Source: Acidimicrobiia bacterium
GTDB lineage: Bacteria > Actinomycetota > Acidimicrobiia > Spongiisociales > Spongiisociaceae
DNA: 64,000 nucleotides
Assembly (NCBI GenBank): GCA_041576165.1
Contig: JBFGLM010000005.1
Location: 74,581 to 138,580 of the forward strand
Reading direction: 5' to 3'
Positions within the stretch are counted from its first letter, which is position 1, and every line of letters begins with the position of its first letter. The notes beneath the pieces are model-generated. The model was given only the letters and a program-made list of their open reading frames with translations. It did not search any database and was not told where the DNA came from. The position numbers and the translations under genes are program-made. Shown one piece after another: positions 47,098 to 57,588 of the stretch.

Positions 47098-48305
47098 ACG
47101 AACACTGGGAAGCGCAGGTAGCTCTGCGGTGGCCAGAGCTGAAACCGTCCTATGACGTGGTCATTGTTGGCGGCGGCGGGCACGGACTGTCGACGGCCTA
47201 CCACCTTGCCACCCGGCACGGAATCACCGATGTGGCCGTGCTCGAGCGCTCGTACATCGGAGGGGGAAACAGCGGCCGCAACACCACTGTGATCCGTGCC
47301 AACTACGGGATCCCTGAGGCCGTGCGTTTCTACCAGCGCAGCGTCGAGTTGTACGAACGGTTGGAGGAAGAGACCGGCCGCTGGCTCATGCACTCCACCA
47401 AGGGGATCCTTTGGCTGATCCACACCGAGGCCGGAATCCGCACCGAACATGCCCGGGCGGCGGTCAACCGCGCGTTTGGCGCAGCCACCGACTTCGTCAC
47501 GCCCGAAGAGATCAAGTCGATCGTCCCCGAAGTCGACCTCAATGCGGGCGGGGGGCGGTACCCGGTGTTGGGCGGTTCGTACTATCACCAGGGAGCCACC
47601 GCCCGTCACGACCGGGTCAATTGGGCACTCGCCGAAGGTGCGATGAAGAAGGGCGTACACGTTCATCAGCGGACCGCCGTCACCGGGATCAAGATGGCGG
47701 GCAATCGGGTGATCGGGGTCGAGACCGACCGTGGCCCGATTGCGGCCGGCACGGTGGTGGGCGCCGTCGGCGGCCACGTGACCTCGCTGGCGACGATGGC
47801 CGGCGTCCGCCTGCCGATTCGCAGCCATCCCCTGCAAGCATTCGTGACGAATCATTACGCGCAAACATTTCACCCGATCGTGGCTTCGACCGATTTGCTG
47901 TTCTACGCATCCCAGACTGCGCGGGGAGAGATGCTGATCGGCGCCGAGATCGACCGCCAGCCCAGCTATTCCTATCGCTCGGGGTACTACTTCCTGTCAT
48001 CGTGTTCGCATAGGGCGATGACGCTGCTGCCGTTCTTGCGCGACCTGCGGATCCTCCGGCAGTGGACCGGCATCTGCGACATGTCTCCTGACTATTCGCC
48101 GATCATGGGCTACACCGGCGTCGACGGGTTCCTGATCACCACCGGCTGGGGCACCTGGGGCTTCAAGGCCATACCGGCCGGGGGAGAACAGATGGCCGAG
48201 TTGATCGCCACCGGACGGGTCCCGTCACTGATCGCTCCGTTCGCGCTCGATCGGTTTGCGCAGGACCGCACCATGGCCGACCGAGGTTCGGCGGGGACGC
48301 ACTGA
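47094..48305 (+). CDS. soxB: Sarcosine oxidase beta subunit
   Basis: YDVVIVGGGGHGLSTAY, GGGNSGRNTTVIRANY, ARHD, HPLQAFV, GWGTWGFKA. Confidence 0.88.
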   Translation: MNEHWEAQVALRWPELKPSYDVVIVGGGGHGLSTAYHLATRHGITDVAVLERSYIGGGNSGRNTTVIRANYGIPEAVRFYQRSVELYERLEEETGRWLMHSTKGILWLIHTEAGIRTEHARAAVNRAFGAATDFVTPEEIKSIVPEVDLNAGGGRYPVLGGSYYHQGATARHDRVNWALAEGAMKKGVHVHQRTAVTGIKMAGNRVIGVETDRGPIAAGTVVGAVGGHVTSLATMAGVRLPIRSHPLQAFVTNHYAQTFHPIVASTDLLFYASQTARGEMLIGAEIDRQPSYSYRSGYYFLSSCSHRAMTLLPFLRDLRILRQWTGICDMSPDYSPIMGYTGVDGFLITTGWGTWGFKAIPAGGEQMAELIATGRVPSLIAPFALDRFAQDRTMADRGSAGTH

Positions 48306-48538
48306 TGAGCATTCGTCTGCCGTGCCCTCACTGCGGAGATCGCGCTTTGGAGGAGTGGGTGTACGGCGAAGTGTTTGCGGTGCCCGACTCGATCACCGAC
48401 CCGGATGCCCGCGACGTAGATCGCGCCTATATGCACAACAACCCCGAAGGGTCGGTGGAGGAGGCCTGGTTCCACCTCTACGGCTGCCGCCGATGGGTCT
48501 ATCTCACCAGAGACACCCGCACCGACGAGCTGTTGTGA
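48305..48538 (+). CDS. soxD: Sarcosine oxidase delta subunit
   Basis: CPHCGDR..EEW.YG, NPEG..EEAWFH..GCRRW...RDT. Confidence 0.88.
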   Translation: MSIRLPCPHCGDRALEEWVYGEVFAVPDSITDPDARDVDRAYMHNNPEGSVEEAWFHLYGCRRWVYLTRDTRTDELL

Positions 48539-48558
48539 GTTCACGGCGGAAGGGCTGG

Positions 48559-49188
48559 TCACCCGGTGAGCGGGCGGACGGCGTGCCACACAGGGTCGCA
48601 CCGATAGTCCCAGTATTTGACGCTGGACAGCGTGAGCGCATCGGGCTGGGAGAGCGCCGGCGTCGGTATCGAGCCGTAGTAGATCCGCACGTATTCGTAG
48701 TAGCAGGGAGCCACCTCGGAAGTGGCGGCCCGATGGGCGGTCGACGCCGTCCATTCGGTGATGGTCTCGCTGTGGCGCATGAGCACGAGGTTGGCGTAGT
48801 TGCGCTCGTCGGCCAGTAGATGGGTGGTGTAGCCGAGCATGCCCGGGGCGTCGATCACGGCGTCAATCATCTGGTCGTTCAGCTGCGCCATCCGTTGGGA
48901 GATGTCCTCGGGAATGAGGTCTCGCATTCGGCCGAAAAAGCCGACGACAGTGAGCGTCGCCCGCCGGGGAAGCGGGCGCGGGATCACAACCCGCCGGTAC
49001 CAGTCCTCGGGCGCCGGGAGGTACCTGACGGTGGGGCGGCGCGGGTCGGCGCGAGCGGCCTGAGCGGCAAAGTCGCGCAACAACATGCACACCACAGCGC
49101 GGTCGGCCGGGATATGGTCCGGGTGGGCGAAAGCCCGCCGCTCGACGGGGTCGGTGTGGCCGAGCGCCACCGGAGATCCGATCACCAC
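48559..49188 (-). CDS. Hypothetical protein with ABM-like C-terminal half
   Basis: ORF overlapping the upstream IclR stop; PGMLGY...YANLV...EW...AH pattern. Confidence 0.6.
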   Translation of the reverse strand: MVIGSPVALGHTDPVERRAFAHPDHIPADRAVVCMLLRDFAAQAARADPRRPTVRYLPAPEDWYRRVVIPRPLPRRATLTVVGFFGRMRDLIPEDISQRMAQLNDQMIDAVIDAPGMLGYTTHLLADERNYANLVLMRHSETITEWTASTAHRAATSEVAPCYYEYVRIYYGSIPTPALSQPDALTLSSVKYWDYRCDPVWHAVRPLTG

Positions 49189-49970
49189 GCGCGTGCCGTC
49201 CCCACGACGTGGCCGCGCCGCATCCCGAGGTCGGATGCAATGGCGTCGGCCGCATCGATCAACCGGGCTGCCACCGCCGTACGCGTGTCGTGACCGAAAC
49301 GGGTCGTCGGTGCGCTGATCGAGACGGCCGCTGCCGCCGCCCCCGACTGATCGAGCACCGGAGCTGCAACGGCTGACGTGCCGATTTCGAACTCATCGGA
49401 TTCTGTCGCGTAGCCGCGCCGGGTGATGGTCGCCAGCTCTGTCGACAGCCTTGCCTCCAGCTCGGCCGGCCCCTCCGTCCTGGCGATGCCGACCAGATCC
49501 CGCCAGTCCTCCCCGCGATCGTGCATGGCGGCCAGGAGAACTCTGCCGCTGGCGGTGGTCCGAAGCGGGATGCGCCGTCCGATCCAGACGACGTGGCGTA
49601 CGGAATGAGTGCTGGGCAGGTGAGCGACCGTCACAGCCTCCCGGCCCCGGCGGACCGAAACACTTATCGTCTCGTTGATCTCGGCGTGGAGCTGTTCCAT
49701 GTGCGGCATGGCGGCGGCCCGGACGTCGATCTGGCCGAGCGCAACCCCCGCCATTTCCACTACCGCCATGCCGAGGGAGTAGCGCCCGGTCTCGGCGTTG
49801 TGCCAGACCATGCCCTCGTCGGCCAGTGCGGCCAGGATGCGGGATACGGTGCTCTTGTGCAGCCCGAGCCGGCGGCTGATTTCGCCCACTGTCAGTGTGG
49901 GTTCGAGCTCGGAGAACTCGCGCAGTATGGCGATCGCTCGTTGCAGGGACTGATGGGTTGATCCGGCCAT
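49182..49970 (-). CDS. IclR family regulator
   Basis: QSLQRAIAIL, LHKSTVSRIL, TASGRVLLA, RGYA...E...AVAAPV. Confidence 0.92.
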   Translation of the reverse strand: MAGSTHQSLQRAIAILREFSELEPTLTVGEISRRLGLHKSTVSRILAALADEGMVWHNAETGRYSLGMAVVEMAGVALGQIDVRAAAMPHMEQLHAEINETISVSVRRGREAVTVAHLPSTHSVRHVVWIGRRIPLRTTASGRVLLAAMHDRGEDWRDLVGIARTEGPAELEARLSTELATITRRGYATESDEFEIGTSAVAAPVLDQSGAAAAAVSISAPTTRFGHDTRTAVAARLIDAADAIASDLGMRRGHVVGTARAW

Positions 49971-50040
49971 CTCCCGCCTCCCGCGGACTAACCCGTCGGG
50001 TGGGTCGCAGTTCCTCGACCGGCGCCGACGGACATGCCAG

Positions 50041-50061
50041 GTGTTGCATGCCATGCAACAC
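50041..50061. promoter_or_regulatory. Perfect palindrome, putative autoregulatory IclR operator
   Basis: GTGTTGCATG-C-CATGCAACAC, about 70 nt upstream of the IclR start at 49970. Confidence 0.6.
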
Positions 50062-50116
50062 CTGCTCATACTATGCGACGACTATACCGCATGGCGCCAC
50101 TCAAAGTGGTGGGCTT

Positions 50117-52273
50117 CTAGACCAGTTGTTTCTGCTGCGCCCGCCACCGGTGGAGGATCGGTTCGGTGTAGCCGGAGGGCTGCCGGGTGCCCTCGAAGAC
50201 GAGTTCACAGGCGGCCCGGAATGCCGGCCCATCGAACTGGGGGGCCATGGGTGAATACAGGGGGTCGCCGGCGTTCTGGGCGTCGACCACGCTGGCCATT
50301 CGCTGCATCGTCTCGCGTACCTGGTCGGGGCTGACCACGCCGTGGCGGAGCCAGTTGGCAATGTGCTGGGAGGAGATGCGACACGTCGCCCGATCTTCCA
50401 TCAGCCCGATGTTGTGGATGTCGGGCACCTTGGAGCATCCGATGCCATGGTCGATCCAGCGGACCACATACCCGAGTATCCCCTGGGCGTTGTTGTCGAG
50501 TTCGGCCTGGATCAGATCCGCACTCCAGTCAGCCGGGCTGCCGAGAGGGATCGTGAGAATGTCATCGAGGGTGGCCCGCGGTCCGGCCGCCGCAAGCTCG
50601 GCCTGCCGGGCGAGCACATCGACTCGGTGGTAATGGGTGGCATGAAGAGTGGCGGCGGTGGGTGATGGCACCCAGGCGCAATTGGCCCCTGCCAGCGGGT
50701 GAGCAATCTTCTCTTCGAGCATGGCCGCCATCCGGTCGGGAGCGGCCCACATCCCCTTGCCGATCTGAGCAGTCCCGCGCAGTCCGCACGCCAGCCCCAC
50801 GTCGACGTTCCAGTCCTCGTACGCCTTGATCCACTGCTGGGACTTCATTTCGGTCTTCGGGACCATGGGCCCGGCCTCCATCGAGGTGTGGATCTCGTCC
50901 CCGGTCCGGTCCAGAAAACCGGTGTTGATGAAGGCCACCCGGGAGCGTGCAGCCCGGATGCACTCGGCCAGGTTCACTGTGGTGCGGCGCTCTTCATCCA
51001 TAATGCCGATCTTGACCGTGCCGGCGTCGAGGCCCAGTGTTTCTTCGACGAAGGCGAAAACCTCATCGGCGAAGGCAACCTCCGTGGGGCCATGCATCTT
51101 CGGCTTCACGACGTAGATCGAGCCTTGGCGCGAGTTGCGGCGGCCGGCCAGGTCGTGCTGGGCGATCAGCACGGTGCACATCGCATCCAACAGCCCCTCG
51201 AAGACCTCGTCCCCGTCCCTATCGAGCACAGCAGGTGTTGTCATCAGATGGCCAACGTTGCGGACCAGCATCAAGGAACGGCCGGGCAGCGTGAAGCTTT
51301 GCCCGTCAGGGGCCGTGAAGTTGCGGTCGTCGTTGAGGGCCCGGGTGAAAGTGTTCCCGGCCTTGGTGACCTGCTCAGTGAGATCGCCTTTGACCAGGCC
51401 GAGCCAGTTGCGGTACGCGTGTGCTTTGTCGAAGGCGTCCACGGCCGCGATCGAATCTTCGCAATCCATGATCGTCGTCACCGCAGCTTCGAGGACAACG
51501 TCCGCGAGGCCGGCCCGATCGGTCTTCCCCACTGGATGCTTGGGGTCTATGACAAGTTCGATGTGCAGGCCATGGTTGCGCAGCAGCACGCCGGTAGGTT
51601 TCTCGGGCGGCCCGTTGTAGCCGGCGAAGTGGCTGGGGTCGGCCAGACCGACACGGCCGTCGCCAAGCGTGGCGTGGAGTCCGCCGTCGATCACGAGGTA
51701 GGCGGCGACGTCGGCGTGTGAGCCGTCGGCGAGGGGCACCACGTCATCGAGGAAACGGCGGGTCCAGGCGATCACCCGGTGACCGCGCGCCGGGTCGTAC
51801 GGCCCGTCGGGAGGTACGTCACCGAGCGCATCGGTGCCGTAGAGCGCGTCGTACAAGGAGCCCCAGCGGGCATTGGCTGCATTCAGGGCGTAGCGGGCAT
51901 TCGTGACCGGGACCACCAGCTGCGGTCCCGGAATCGCCGCAATCTCGGCGTCCACGCCCCGGGGATCGATCGTGAAGGGTGCGCCCGTCGGTCTCAGATA
52001 GCCGATCTCTTCCAGAAACTCTCGATACGCGGCGGCATCGTGGAGCCGGCCGGCCCGGGCCCGATGCCAGTCATCGATCCGGGCCTGTAGGGAGGCGCGC
52101 ACCTCGAGCAGCTCCCGGTTGCGCGGCCCGAATGTGTGGATCAGGTCGGAGAGCCGCCCCCAGAACCTGTCCGGGGTCACGTCGGATCCCGGCAGCGCTT
52201 CCTCGGTGAGGAAGTCGTACAGGGGCTGGCCGACCGAAAGCTCACCGACCGTGACGCGGCCGGAATCCTGCAT
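50117..52273 (-). CDS. glcB: Malate synthase G
   Basis: [60 protein letters not shown]. Confidence 0.96.
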   Translation of the reverse strand: MQDSGRVTVGELSVGQPLYDFLTEEALPGSDVTPDRFWGRLSDLIHTFGPRNRELLEVRASLQARIDDWHRARAGRLHDAAAYREFLEEIGYLRPTGAPFTIDPRGVDAEIAAIPGPQLVVPVTNARYALNAANARWGSLYDALYGTDALGDVPPDGPYDPARGHRVIAWTRRFLDDVVPLADGSHADVAAYLVIDGGLHATLGDGRVGLADPSHFAGYNGPPEKPTGVLLRNHGLHIELVIDPKHPVGKTDRAGLADVVLEAAVTTIMDCEDSIAAVDAFDKAHAYRNWLGLVKGDLTEQVTKAGNTFTRALNDDRNFTAPDGQSFTLPGRSLMLVRNVGHLMTTPAVLDRDGDEVFEGLLDAMCTVLIAQHDLAGRRNSRQGSIYVVKPKMHGPTEVAFADEVFAFVEETLGLDAGTVKIGIMDEERRTTVNLAECIRAARSRVAFINTGFLDRTGDEIHTSMEAGPMVPKTEMKSQQWIKAYEDWNVDVGLACGLRGTAQIGKGMWAAPDRMAAMLEEKIAHPLAGANCAWVPSPTAATLHATHYHRVDVLARQAELAAAGPRATLDDILTIPLGSPADWSADLIQAELDNNAQGILGYVVRWIDHGIGCSKVPDIHNIGLMEDRATCRISSQHIANWLRHGVVSPDQVRETMQRMASVVDAQNAGDPLYSPMAPQFDGPAFRAACELVFEGTRQPSGYTEPILHRWRAQQKQLV

Positions 52274-52512
52274 ATTCAGCACCTTTTTTCGGGTTCGGGG
52301 CCAGGCTAACGGGCGGCGTGGGCACCCGAGCCGATGCATTGCTTGAGAACCGCTGATCTTGTGCGCGGCATGGCGCCGTCCCGGCGATTCGCCAAAGCTG
52401 GGGATCTTTGATGGAGAGTAGAAGCGCGCTCTCGTCCGGCGCCGCCCGAGCCCGCCGGTCAAGGCTTTTTGGGATGTGCCGATATACTCACCGGTCATCG
52501 CCCGGGGAGTCC

Positions 52513-53874
52513 ATGCGCCAATCTGTCTTCATCGCGCTCGTCGTCGCCATCCTGGCCGGCGTGGTGCCGGCCGCCGCCCAGAGCGACCGTTGGCTCGACG
52601 AGGACTTTTCGAGCGGGGTCGACGTGTTCAATGCGGGGGCATGGGGGATGAATCCGACCTCCGATGGGCATGTCGGCGGAGGGCTGCTGTCGGTCATCCC
52701 GCAGGGTGAGCATTGGGGATCGAGTGGGCACTGGAACTTCGCCGACCATGGCATCAACGACCCGGACGAGTTGTGGTGGCGCTATTGGGTGCGGTTCGAC
52801 GCCGACAATTACATTGCTCCGCCCGACCGGGGCAAGTTGCCCGGTCCGGCCGGCCTGTACAACTATCGCTGCCTGGGTGGGCGCCCGTCGACCGAAGCGG
52901 AGCCCTGTTTCTCGGCCCGGATGATGTTCGGGCGGGATTACCCCCGCTGGAACGAGCCCGGGATCTACCCCAACGGCGAGGAGGGCGTCACCCGCATCGG
53001 GTTCTACGTCTACCACCTCGACCAGGAAACGGAGTACGGCGACACTTGGGACTGGGACCGGGACGTGTCGGTATTGCCCAACGGCCGGTGGTACTGCTTG
53101 GAGGGCCACATCACTATGAACACTCCGGGCGAGAACGACGGGCTGCTGGAAGGCTGGGTGGACGACCAGCTTGCCTTCCAGAAGACGGACATGCGGTGGC
53201 GGCGAGCGACCGAGAGCTGGATGGGGGTCAAGAGCTTCTGGTTCGACATCTACTACGGCGGCGGGAACGCGTCACCACAGCGCAACGACATCACCTTCGA
53301 CTCGCTGGCGTTGGGACCCGAACGCATCGGTTGCGACGACATCGGACGCTTCGACGGCCGGTTCTACGACGACGACGACTCCACCTTCGAAGCCGATATC
53401 GAGTGGCTAGCTGCGGCCGGCATCACGCTGGGGTGCAACCCGCCGGCTAACAACGCCTTCTGTCCGGACTTGCCGGTCACGCGGGGGCAGATGGCGGCCT
53501 TTTTGGCTCGAGCCCTCGGCCTGCCCGACGATCCGACCGACTGGTTCGTGGACGACGACGGCTCCACGTTCGAAGCCGACATCCAGAAGATCGCTGCGGC
53601 CGGGATCACCCTGGGCTGCGGGGCCGGGCAGTACTGTCCGGATGACTACGTCACGCGGGGGCAGATGGCGGCGTTCCTGGTCCGGGCCTACGGCCTCACG
53701 GGCGGCGGGTTGGTTCAGTTCCGCGACGACGACGGCTCGACCTTCGAGGCTGAGATCGAGGCGTTGGCGCAGGCCGGCGTCACCCTGGGCTGCGGGTCCG
53801 GTATCTACTGCCCTAGCGACTACGTGACCCGTGGGCAGATGGCCGCATTCCTGCATCGGGCCGACGGCTCGTAA
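52513..53874 (+). CDS. Secreted polysaccharide-lyase-like (PL14-type jelly roll) protein with 3 C-terminal SLH repeats
   Basis: Signal peptide; RYWVRF...GKLPG...FSARMMF...YVYH...MNTPG.NDG...WVD...YYGG; three [11 protein letters not shown]...GITLGC...[10 protein letters not shown] repeats. Confidence 0.75.
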   Translation: MRQSVFIALVVAILAGVVPAAAQSDRWLDEDFSSGVDVFNAGAWGMNPTSDGHVGGGLLSVIPQGEHWGSSGHWNFADHGINDPDELWWRYWVRFDADNYIAPPDRGKLPGPAGLYNYRCLGGRPSTEAEPCFSARMMFGRDYPRWNEPGIYPNGEEGVTRIGFYVYHLDQETEYGDTWDWDRDVSVLPNGRWYCLEGHITMNTPGENDGLLEGWVDDQLAFQKTDMRWRRATESWMGVKSFWFDIYYGGGNASPQRNDITFDSLALGPERIGCDDIGRFDGRFYDDDDSTFEADIEWLAAAGITLGCNPPANNAFCPDLPVTRGQMAAFLARALGLPDDPTDWFVDDDGSTFEADIQKIAAAGITLGCGAGQYCPDDYVTRGQMAAFLVRAYGLTGGGLVQFRDDDGSTFEAEIEALAQAGVTLGCGSGIYCPSDYVTRGQMAAFLHRADGS

Positions 53875-53891
53875 GCCGACGCCCGCACCCC

Positions 53892-55019
53892 TCAACGCAG
53901 CCTGAAATCGGCCCCCCGTCGCTCGAGCGCCCGCAGTTTGCCGAGGAAATCGTCGCGATCGAGGTAGCAGCCCTGGAGGCGACGCGCCCCGGAGGCCGGA
54001 TTGAACTCAGCTCTCCCGTGCAGCACCCGAACGTTATCGAACACCTGGCAATCACCGGGCGCCATCTTGAAGGCGAACTCCACCGCCGGGTCCCGCAGGG
54101 CCTGGCCGAATGCCCGAATGGCGTCGTAAACCGGGCCCACGAGTTCGGGATCGACGTCGAGCGGCGCCATCAACGCGGTGTGGTACCGGACCTGGCGGAG
54201 CCGCCCATCGCCATCGACATCCAGGACCGGCGCATGGTTGGCGATGTCGGTCGTGACGTCCTGGAACCGCCAGGGCAGCTCGACCTCGGTGAGCAGCTCA
54301 TACGCGGCCGGATGGGTTTTGGCGAAGCGTTGTGCCACTGCGAAGCCGTCGACCAGCAGACTCTCGCCCCCCTCGGCGTCGAACTCGAGGCAGTGCAGAA
54401 ACTGGAGGTTGACCGAGCTGTGCCGGTTCGGGATGTCGCTGTGGGCGTTGAGCTTGTGCGATGTATAGGCCAGGTTCTCGGGGTCGGGCTTGGAGATCAC
54501 GTGAAAGGTGTGCCCGAAGTTCGTGTCCTGCACGAAGGAGATCCGCTCGGCCAGGGCGAGCACCGCGTCTGGTTCGATGGGTACTTCCCGGATGAGCGAG
54601 AATCCGTAGTCCCGGATCAGCGCCAGCCACCGCAGCATCCCCTCGGCACCTGAGTCGATCTCTTCGAATGTGATCTCGGGTGGGTTGTCGGCGATGGACG
54701 CATCCCACAGCACGGGTTGGGGCGCCCGCGCCCGCCGTCCCTGCGGACCGTATTCGTTCTCCCGCAGCCAGGCGGGCGACATGGTGGTGAGATGGCCGTC
54801 GGGCCACGTGAGCTGGAGGTCACCGTTGGTCGCGACTGATGTCGGTGCCGGGTTGGGCGGCATCGCCGCGGTGTCGTACAGCCGCTCCCATGCGTCTGGA
54901 TGACGGCACTCGGGGCAGGTGCAGTTGTCCCGCAGCCATGTGTAGTGATAGTCGCAAGTGGACGCGTCGTCCCACGTCACGCTGAGACGGTCCTCGTGTG
55001 TAACCACTGATGCAATCAC
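53892..55019 (-). CDS. Gamma-butyrobetaine hydroxylase-like Fe(II)/2-oxoglutarate dioxygenase
   Basis: AGGAGA RBS + GTG 55019; GBBH N-domain WLRDNCTCPECRH, AHSD facial triad, FDNVRVLHGR. Confidence 0.88.
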   Translation of the reverse strand: MIASVVTHEDRLSVTWDDASTCDYHYTWLRDNCTCPECRHPDAWERLYDTAAMPPNPAPTSVATNGDLQLTWPDGHLTTMSPAWLRENEYGPQGRRARAPQPVLWDASIADNPPEITFEEIDSGAEGMLRWLALIRDYGFSLIREVPIEPDAVLALAERISFVQDTNFGHTFHVISKPDPENLAYTSHKLNAHSDIPNRHSSVNLQFLHCLEFDAEGGESLLVDGFAVAQRFAKTHPAAYELLTEVELPWRFQDVTTDIANHAPVLDVDGDGRLRQVRYHTALMAPLDVDPELVGPVYDAIRAFGQALRDPAVEFAFKMAPGDCQVFDNVRVLHGRAEFNPASGARRLQGCYLDRDDFLGKLRALERRGADFRLR

Positions 55020-55072
55020 GGGTGGTCTCCTTGGAGCTGCGGCCTGTTTCAAGGTACAGGCTGGTGGGTGTT

Positions 55073-57502
55073 TCACATGTGTACACGAGCCGGATAGAAC
55101 GGTCTGACGGAGGCGGTGGCAGGGATTCGTTCACCCGCGACCTCTATTTCAAACGACGAGGCTTGTACGAAATCGTTGGTCACGCCGTCCGGGTGGTTCA
55201 GGTAACCCATGGCTAGCGGCCGGTCCTCGACGTAGCTCCACATGGCCGAGGACGTCCGGCCGATCATCTCGCCTTCGGCGTAGATGGGTTCGTCGTGATA
55301 CAGCAGGCGGTCTGAGTTCTCCAGCCGGAACTGGATCAAACGTTTCGTGCGGGGCAACTCCCGCTGTGCCGCCAGCGCGTCGCGACCGATGAACCCGCCC
55401 GCCTTGTCCCAGGCCACTGCAAAGCCCAGCCCGGCTTCGAGCGGGGTGTCCTCGTCGGTGATGTCGTGGCCCCAATGGCGGTAGCCGGCCTCGAGACGCA
55501 GCGTGTTCATGGCGTGGTACCCCGCGTGGTGCAGGCCAAAGCTCTCCCCAACCGCGAGAACGGCGTCGTGGGCGACGACGGCTCGAGCGGCCGGCACGTA
55601 CAGCTCCCAGCCCAGCTCGCCGACGTAGCTGACCCGCAACGCCAGCGCGGTCACCTCGCCCATCGTGATGTCTTGCGCCGTCGCGAAAGGGAACGCCTCG
55701 TTGGCCAGCGCAGCGTCCGTCAGCTTTGACAGCAGATCGCGGGACGCCGGGCCCATCACGCCCAGCACCGCCAGGTCGTCGGTCACGTCGGCGATGGCCA
55801 CCTCGTAGCCCCGGATGTGGCGACGCAGCCAGGCCCAGTCCCGGGTGGCCACTGCCGCGCCGGTGACCACCAGGTAGCGGTGCTCGGCCTGCCGGGTGAC
55901 GGTCAGGTCGGCCTCGATCCCGCCTCGTTCGTTCAGCCACTGCGTGTAGACGACCTTGCCGACTTCCGTGTCCACGTCGTTGGCGCAGATCCGGTTGAGC
56001 ACCCGCATGGCATCGGGTCCCTGCACATCGAATTTGGCGAATGACGTCTGATCGAACAACCCGACCCTGTTCCGAACGGCGTGGCACTCCGTCCCCGAGG
56101 CCTCGAACCAGTTCTGCTTGCCGTAGGAATATTCGTAGACCCGTTCGTTGCCGGCGGGGGCGTACCAGTTCGGTCGTTCCCACCCGGCCGTCTCGCCGAA
56201 CACCGCCCCGGCCGCGTCCAGCCGGTCATGCAGCGGCGACCGCCGGATACCGCGAGCGCTTTCGTACTGGAAGAACGGCCAGTGCATCGCGTACAACAAG
56301 CCGAGGCTCTCCGATATTCGCTCGCTCAGGTAGGCGGGGTCGGCCTGGAACCGGAACGTGCGGCGGATGTCGACGGGCCACAGATCCATCGGCGGATGAC
56401 CGTCGACAATCCAGTCGGCCAGTACGCAACCGGCGCCCCCAGCGGACTGAATACCGACCGAGTTGAACCCGGCCGCGATGAAGCACCGGTCGATCTCCGG
56501 CGACTCGCCGAGGTGATAGACCCCGTCGGGAGTGAACGCCTCGGGGCCGTTGAAGAACAGCTGGATGCCCGCATCGGCCAGGGCCGGTACCCGGTGGATG
56601 GAGCGTTCGAAGATGGGTCCAATGTGATCCCAGTCCTCGGCCAGAGTTCCGAACGAAAAGTCGCGGGGGACGTCGTGGTGCCACACCTTGCCTCGCGGCT
56701 CGAAGAAACCGGCCATGATCTTGCCGGTCTCCTCTTTGAAATACGTGTAGTTACCCGGATCGCGCAGAGTCGGTAGCCCGGCGCCGATTCCCTCGATCGG
56801 CTCCGTGACGACGTAGAAATGTTCGCAGGCCTGGAGCGGCACGCTGATGCCGGCGGTAGCGGCCAGCTGGCGTGTCCACATCCCGGCGGCCAGCACCACC
56901 GTCTCCGCTTCGACGTAACCCTGTTCGGTTTCGACCCCGGCGACTCGGTCTCCTGTGGTACGCACATCGGTGACGGCAACCCCCTCGATGATCCGCACTC
57001 CCCGGTCCCGCGCTCCCTTGGCCAGCGCCATGGTGGTATCGACCGGACTGGTCTGGCCGTCGCGGGGGATCCACGCTGCGCCGACCAGATCGTCCACGTT
57101 CAGTAAAGGCCACCTCTCCTGCGCTTCATCGAGCGTTATCTCGTGCATCTCGACGCCGACGGTGCGGGCCATGGACAGGCCGCGCACGATCTCCTCCCAC
57201 CGCTCGCCGTCGCTGGCGACCGAGATCGAGCCGGTGGTCCGATACCCGGTGGCTTGTCCCGTCTCGACTTCGAGTTCCTCGAAGAGCCGAGTGGAGTAGG
57301 TGGCGAGTTTCGTGAGGCTGTGGGACGACTTCAGCTGGCTGACGAGGCCGGCCGCGTGCCAGGTGGTGCCGCCGGTGAGCTGCCCCTGCTCGAGCAGCAG
57401 GACATCGGTCATCCCGCGCCGGGCGAGGTGGTATGCGATCGAGCATCCGATGATGCCCCCGCCGACGATGACAACTTCGGCTCGATCGGGCAGCGATGTC
57501 AC
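55073..57502 (-). CDS. Dimethylglycine/sarcosine dehydrogenase-like flavoprotein (DAO + GcvT)
   Basis: AAGGAGG RBS; VVIVGGGIIG, GTTWHAAGL, NGPEAFTPD, GWERP, YVGELGWE. Confidence 0.9.
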   Translation of the reverse strand: MTSLPDRAEVVIVGGGIIGCSIAYHLARRGMTDVLLLEQGQLTGGTTWHAAGLVSQLKSSHSLTKLATYSTRLFEELEVETGQATGYRTTGSISVASDGERWEEIVRGLSMARTVGVEMHEITLDEAQERWPLLNVDDLVGAAWIPRDGQTSPVDTTMALAKGARDRGVRIIEGVAVTDVRTTGDRVAGVETEQGYVEAETVVLAAGMWTRQLAATAGISVPLQACEHFYVVTEPIEGIGAGLPTLRDPGNYTYFKEETGKIMAGFFEPRGKVWHHDVPRDFSFGTLAEDWDHIGPIFERSIHRVPALADAGIQLFFNGPEAFTPDGVYHLGESPEIDRCFIAAGFNSVGIQSAGGAGCVLADWIVDGHPPMDLWPVDIRRTFRFQADPAYLSERISESLGLLYAMHWPFFQYESARGIRRSPLHDRLDAAGAVFGETAGWERPNWYAPAGNERVYEYSYGKQNWFEASGTECHAVRNRVGLFDQTSFAKFDVQGPDAMRVLNRICANDVDTEVGKVVYTQWLNERGGIEADLTVTRQAEHRYLVVTGAAVATRDWAWLRRHIRGYEVAIADVTDDLAVLGVMGPASRDLLSKLTDAALANEAFPFATAQDITMGEVTALALRVSYVGELGWELYVPAARAVVAHDAVLAVGESFGLHHAGYHAMNTLRLEAGYRHWGHDITDEDTPLEAGLGFAVAWDKAGGFIGRDALAAQRELPRTKRLIQFRLENSDRLLYHDEPIYAEGEMIGRTSSAMWSYVEDRPLAMGYLNHPDGVTNDFVQASSFEIEVAGERIPATASVRPFYPARVHM

Positions 57503-57518
57503 CAGACCCCTCCTTACC

Positions 57519-57552
57519 GTTCCGATGAATGAAACGTTCCACTGGATAGAAT
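57519..57552. promoter_or_regulatory. Tandem putative IclR operators in a divergent promoter
   Basis: GTTCCGATGAATGAAAC + GTTCCACTGGATAGAAT, two adjacent 17-mers. Confidence 0.6.
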
Positions 57553-57588
57553 GCCTGTGCACAGCGGCACACTGAAAGGACCGGGCCC

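Noticed and set aside
46092-47873. Long antisense ORF (593 aa), and similar ones such as 57514-59157, 26368-27663 and 43207-44322
   Set aside because: Shadow or alternate-frame ORFs typical of high-GC DNA; they overlap well-supported genes and have no recognisable motifs.
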